A stretch of 42,766 nucleotides of DNA from positions 1 to 42,766 of the forward strand of contig JANLUW010000084.1 in the NCBI GenBank assembly GCA_031363645.1, in the 5' to 3' direction. The stretch is from Rhizobacter sp. (lineage in GTDB: Bacteria > Pseudomonadota > Gammaproteobacteria > Burkholderiales > Burkholderiaceae_C). Positions 39,107-42,766 of this stretch are shown piece by piece. The position numbers and the translations under genes are program-made. The stretch's first letter is position 1. The number at the start of each line of letters is the position of its first letter. The notes under the pieces were generated by a model. That model saw only the letters and a list, made by a program, of their open reading frames with translations, did not search any database and was not told the origin of the DNA.

Positions 39107-40567
39107 ATGGACTTTCGTCATCAGATTTCGTCTCCCGATGCCCTGGCCAGCCAGACGTGCGACGCGCTCGTGCTCGTCGTTACCGGCGACGCCGTCGACC
39201 CGGCGCTCGATGCGCCGCTCGCCGCCGCGCTCAGCGATGCGCTCGCGCACGGCGACCTCACGCTCAAGGCCGGCAAGAGCATCTACATCCACCGCCCGGC
39301 GGGCATCCGTGCGGCGCGAGTCGCGTTCGTGGCGGCCGGCGGGTCGACCGTGAAGGCCTTTAAGGCCGCAGTGGCCAACGGCATCAAGCTCGTCAAAAGC
39401 AGCGGCGCCAAGCACATTGCAATTGGCTTGGCCGGCGCGGGTTCGTTGACCGATGCACATGCCGAAGCGGTCGTCACCGCCGCGCGTGAATGCACCTATC
39501 TTTACCGCCACACCAAGCCGAGCGCGCCCGCCGCATCGAAGCTCGACAAGGTCACGTTGCTGTGCACCAAGGCCGATGTGAAGGCGGTGCAGCTCGGCGT
39601 GGCGCGCGGCCACGCGATCGCCGCTGGCGTGAACCTCGCGCGCGAATGGGCGAACCGACCCGGTAACCACTGCACGCCGACGCACTTGGCCGACGTGGCC
39701 AAGAAGCTCGGCAAGGAGTACGCGCTGAAGGTCGAGGTGCTCGACCGCAAGGCTTGCGAAAAGCTCGGCATGGGCTCGTTCCTGTCGGTCGCTCAGGCTT
39801 CGACCGAGCCGCTGCGCTTCATCGTCGCGCGCTACGATGGCGCGCCCAAGGCGCAGGCGCCGGTCGTGCTGGTCGGCAAGGGCATCACGTTCGACACCGG
39901 CGGCATCTCGCTCAAGCCCGGCGGCGAAATGGACGAGATGAAGTACGACATGGGCGGCGCGGCCAGCGTGCTCGGTACGCTGCGCGCGATCGCCGAACTC
40001 AAACCCAAGCTCAACCTCGTGTGCATCATCCCGTCGTGCGAGAACATGCCGGCCGGCAACGCGGTGAAGCCGGGTGACGTGGTCACGAGCATGTCGGGTC
40101 AGACCATCGAGATCCTGAACACCGACGCCGAAGGCCGGCTGATTTTGTGCGACGCGTTGACCTATGCCGAGCGCTTCAAGCCAGCGGTCGTGGTTGATGT
40201 GGCAACGCTCACTGGGGCTTGCGTGATCGCGCTCGGCCACCATCACTCGGGCCTGTTCACGGCTGACGACAAAGTCGCCGGGCAGATGCAGGCGGCGAGC
40301 CAAAAAAGCCTCGACCCGTGCTGGCGCATGCCGCTCGACGAAGAGTACGACGCGGGCCTGAAGAGCAACTTCGCCGACATGGCCAACATCGGCGGCCGCC
40401 CGGGCGGTGCGATCACCGCGGCGATGTTCCTGAAGCGCTTCACGGCCAAGTACCCGTGGGCTCACCTCGACATCGCCGGCACCGCTTGGAAGTCGGGTGC
40501 CGCCAAAGGCGCAACCGGCCGGCCGGTGCCGCTGCTGACGCACTTCGTGTTGGCGCAGGTGGGCTGA
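39107..40567 (+). CDS. pepA: Leucyl aminopeptidase (M17)
   Basis: GKGITFDTGGISLK, MKYDMGG, NTDAEGRLIL, DVATLTGA, WAHLDIAGTAW. Confidence 0.96.
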   Translation: MDFRHQISSPDALASQTCDALVLVVTGDAVDPALDAPLAAALSDALAHGDLTLKAGKSIYIHRPAGIRAARVAFVAAGGSTVKAFKAAVANGIKLVKSSGAKHIAIGLAGAGSLTDAHAEAVVTAARECTYLYRHTKPSAPAASKLDKVTLLCTKADVKAVQLGVARGHAIAAGVNLAREWANRPGNHCTPTHLADVAKKLGKEYALKVEVLDRKACEKLGMGSFLSVAQASTEPLRFIVARYDGAPKAQAPVVLVGKGITFDTGGISLKPGGEMDEMKYDMGGAASVLGTLRAIAELKPKLNLVCIIPSCENMPAGNAVKPGDVVTSMSGQTIEILNTDAEGRLILCDALTYAERFKPAVVVDVATLTGACVIALGHHHSGLFTADDKVAGQMQAASQKSLDPCWRMPLDEEYDAGLKSNFADMANIGGRPGGAITAAMFLKRFTAKYPWAHLDIAGTAWKSGAAKGATGRPVPLLTHFVLAQVG

Positions 40568-40592
40568 CAGCGAGCGCCGCGTCGGGCCTGGC

Positions 40593-41024
40593 ATGACAGA
40601 AGTGAGCTTTCATTTCAACGTCGCGGATCGGACGGACTACACCTGTCGTCTGGTGCGCAAGGCGGTGCGCTCGGGTGCGAGCGTGGTGCTCGCCGGACCG
40701 GCTTCTGCGCTGTCGCACTTCGACCGGGCGCTCTGGACTTTCGACGAACTCGAATTCTTGCCGCATGTGGTGCTCCGCGATGGCGAGGCTGTCGCCGAAC
40801 GGCTGCGCGCGATCCGCGTCTGGCTGCTGCCGGACGCGAGCCACGCCGAGCACCACGACGTGCTGGTCAACCTCGGCGTGGAAGCGCCGGCGGGTTTCGA
40901 GAGCTTCGGCAAAGTGATTGAAATCGTCACGCCGGATGAAGACGATCGAGCCCAGGCGCGCGCACGCTGGAAGCACTACGCAAGCCGCGGTTACGCGATC
41001 ACTCAGCACGGAGCGACGCCGTGA
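40593..41024 (+). CDS. holC: DNA polymerase III chi subunit
   Basis: FHFNV, CRLVRKA, LWTFDELEFLPH, ARARWKHY; conserved pepA-holC synteny. Confidence 0.92.
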   Translation: MTEVSFHFNVADRTDYTCRLVRKAVRSGASVVLAGPASALSHFDRALWTFDELEFLPHVVLRDGEAVAERLRAIRVWLLPDASHAEHHDVLVNLGVEAPAGFESFGKVIEIVTPDEDDRAQARARWKHYASRGYAITQHGATP

Positions 41025-41404
41025 CGGTCAGCGGCGCACTTCCGCCCGCGCGCGTGTCCACGTTGACCGAGGAGGTCGCGTGGCCGCTGGGTGCCCCGCC
41101 CGCATTTGGTGTGGGCCAGTTTCACTTGCCGGCCATCGATGCGCAGCCTGCAGAGGCCGACATCGTCGGCCACCCGATGCCCCTTCGGATCGCAGACGAG
41201 GCGATGATCGAAGGCGTGTTGATCGAAGTTCAGCGCCAGGTCGAACTGATGCTCGACTACCGCTTGCGTGAAGTGCTCACCCCGCTGCTCGCGCGCGCCG
41301 CCGACAGTATCGTGCGCGAGGCACGTGCCGAGCTGGCATCGACCTTGCGTGACTTGGTGGCTCGTGCGGTGGCGCAAGAACTGGCGCGTCATCGCACTCG
41401 TTGA
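41021..41404 (+). CDS. Hypothetical protein (small Burkholderiales protein downstream of holC)
   Basis: GTGA overlap with the holC stop; STLTEEV N-terminal motif and amphipathic helical C-terminus. Confidence 0.65.
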   Translation: MTVSGALPPARVSTLTEEVAWPLGAPPAFGVGQFHLPAIDAQPAEADIVGHPMPLRIADEAMIEGVLIEVQRQVELMLDYRLREVLTPLLARAADSIVREARAELASTLRDLVARAVAQELARHRTR

Positions 41405-41555
41405 CCCGCGCGTTATGGGTGGGCCGCGATGGCCCGAAAGCTTGGGTCCACCGGGCATTCGCCACTATAGGAATAGCGATTTTTTGCGGTATTGTTCCGC
41501 GCGTTGAGACATCAACCGTTACCTTTTGTTCGAACATTCCATCTGGAGGTTTTGC

Positions 41556-42698
41556 ATGCAAGTCAAACTGAAAACGATCGCCGCCGCAACCATGGTCATG
41601 TTGGGTGGTGCTTCGTACGCCCAAGACATGGTCGTGAAGATCGGTCACGTCGCACCGACCAGCGGCGCGATCGCCCACCTGGGCAAAGACAATGAAAACG
41701 GCGCCCGCATGGCCATCGACGAACTCAACGCCAAGGGCGTGATGATCGGCGGCAAGAAGGTCAAGCTAGAAATGATGGCCGAAGACGACGGTGCCGATCC
41801 GAAGCAAGGCGCTGCGGTGGCACAAAAGCTCGCCGACGCGAAGGTCGCCGGCGTGATCGGCCACCTGAATTCGGGCACCTCGATTCCAGCCTCGAAGATC
41901 TACTCGGACGCCGGCATTCCGCAAATCTCGCCGTCCGCAACCAACCCGAAGTACACCCGCCAGGGCTTTAAGACCACCTTCCGTGTGGTCGCCGACGACG
42001 TGCACTTGGGCAGCACGCTCGGCAAGTACGCGGTCAAGGAACTCACGGGCAAGTCGATCGCCGTGATCGATGACCGCACCGCCTACGGCCAGGGCGTCGC
42101 CGAGGAGTTCACGAAGGCCGTCAAGGCCTCGGGCGGCGCGATCGCCGACACGCAGTTCACGACCGATAAAGCGACCGACTTCACTGCCATCCTGACCCAG
42201 ATCAAGTCGAAGAAGCCCGACGTGGTGTTCTTCGGTGGCATGGACGCCGTGGCGGGCCCGATGATTCGCCAGATGAAGCAACTCGGCATCAACGCCAAGT
42301 TCATGGGCGGCGACGGCATTTGCTCGGGTGAGTTGCCGAAGCTGGCCGGTGGTGCGATGGCCGACGGCCAGGTCGTGTGCGCCGAAGCTGGTGGCGTCGA
42401 AGGCGAGCAGAAGGTCGGCATGGAGAAGTTCCGCGCCGACTACAAGAAGAAGTTCGGCATCGAGGTGCAGGTCTACGCACCATACGTGTACGACGCGACC
42501 AACGTGCTCGTCGCCGCAATGGTCAAGGCCGGTTCGGCCGATCCGAAGGTGTACCTGCCGGTGCTGGCCAAGACCGAAGGCTACAAGGGCGTGACCGGCA
42601 CGATCGGCTTCGATGACAAGGGCGACATCAAGAACGGCGCGCTGACCTTGTTCACCTACAAGGCCGACAAGCGCGACCAGATCGCCGTGGTTCGATAA
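41556..42698 (+). CDS. Branched-chain amino acid ABC transporter substrate-binding protein (LivJ/LivK family)
   Basis: Signal peptide, VKIGHVAPTSG, GHLNSGTSIPAS, DDRTAYGQG, FMGGDG, APYVYDA; GGAGG RBS. Confidence 0.92.
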   Translation: MQVKLKTIAAATMVMLGGASYAQDMVVKIGHVAPTSGAIAHLGKDNENGARMAIDELNAKGVMIGGKKVKLEMMAEDDGADPKQGAAVAQKLADAKVAGVIGHLNSGTSIPASKIYSDAGIPQISPSATNPKYTRQGFKTTFRVVADDVHLGSTLGKYAVKELTGKSIAVIDDRTAYGQGVAEEFTKAVKASGGAIADTQFTTDKATDFTAILTQIKSKKPDVVFFGGMDAVAGPMIRQMKQLGINAKFMGGDGICSGELPKLAGGAMADGQVVCAEAGGVEGEQKVGMEKFRADYKKKFGIEVQVYAPYVYDATNVLVAAMVKAGSADPKVYLPVLAKTEGYKGVTGTIGFDDKGDIKNGALTLFTYKADKRDQIAVVR

Positions 42699-42722
42699 AC
42701 AGCGGCTTCGCCACTGTGCAAC

Positions 42723-42746
42723 GGGGCGCCTTCTGGCGCCCCTTTT
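42723..42746 (+). terminator. Rho-independent terminator
   Basis: GGGGCGCC-ttct-GGCGCCCC followed by TTTT, 25 bp after the livK-like stop. Confidence 0.88.
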
Positions 42747-42766
42747 CGTTCTATCGGTGTGAAGTC

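Noticed and set aside
41504-41515. FNR box upstream of the livK-like gene
   Set aside because: TTGAG-ac-ATCAA has a 2-bp rather than 4-bp spacer, so it does not match TTGAT-N4-ATCAA.

Overview
High-GC betaproteobacterial (Burkholderiales-like) chromosome segment. The left ~23 kb is a compact carbon-fixation locus. It holds all the diagnostic enzymes of the 3-hydroxypropionate (3-HP) bi-cycle, best known from Chloroflexales: meh divergent from smtA-smtB-mct-mcl-mch-pcs-mcr. Next to these lie a DabBA inorganic-carbon pump, a CbbR-type (Calvin-cycle family) LysR regulator and a second NhaR-like LysR. CbbR-like TNA-N7-TNA boxes occur in both divergent promoter regions, and no Rubisco or phosphoribulokinase gene is present in the window. 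The right ~19 kb is mostly ordinary Burkholderiales core and acyl-CoA metabolism: an MDR reductase, an NMO/FabK-like flavoprotein, creA, GST, an acyl-CoA dehydrogenase plus APH-type kinase, Crp/Fnr, a class II aldolase, a crotonase, FimV-like, ybdL, cysB-like, cbiX-like, lptG-lptF, pepA, holC and a livK-like gene. Protein calls rest on motif recognition and recalled family sequences, not on database searches. No RNA genes, CRISPR arrays or transposases were recognised.
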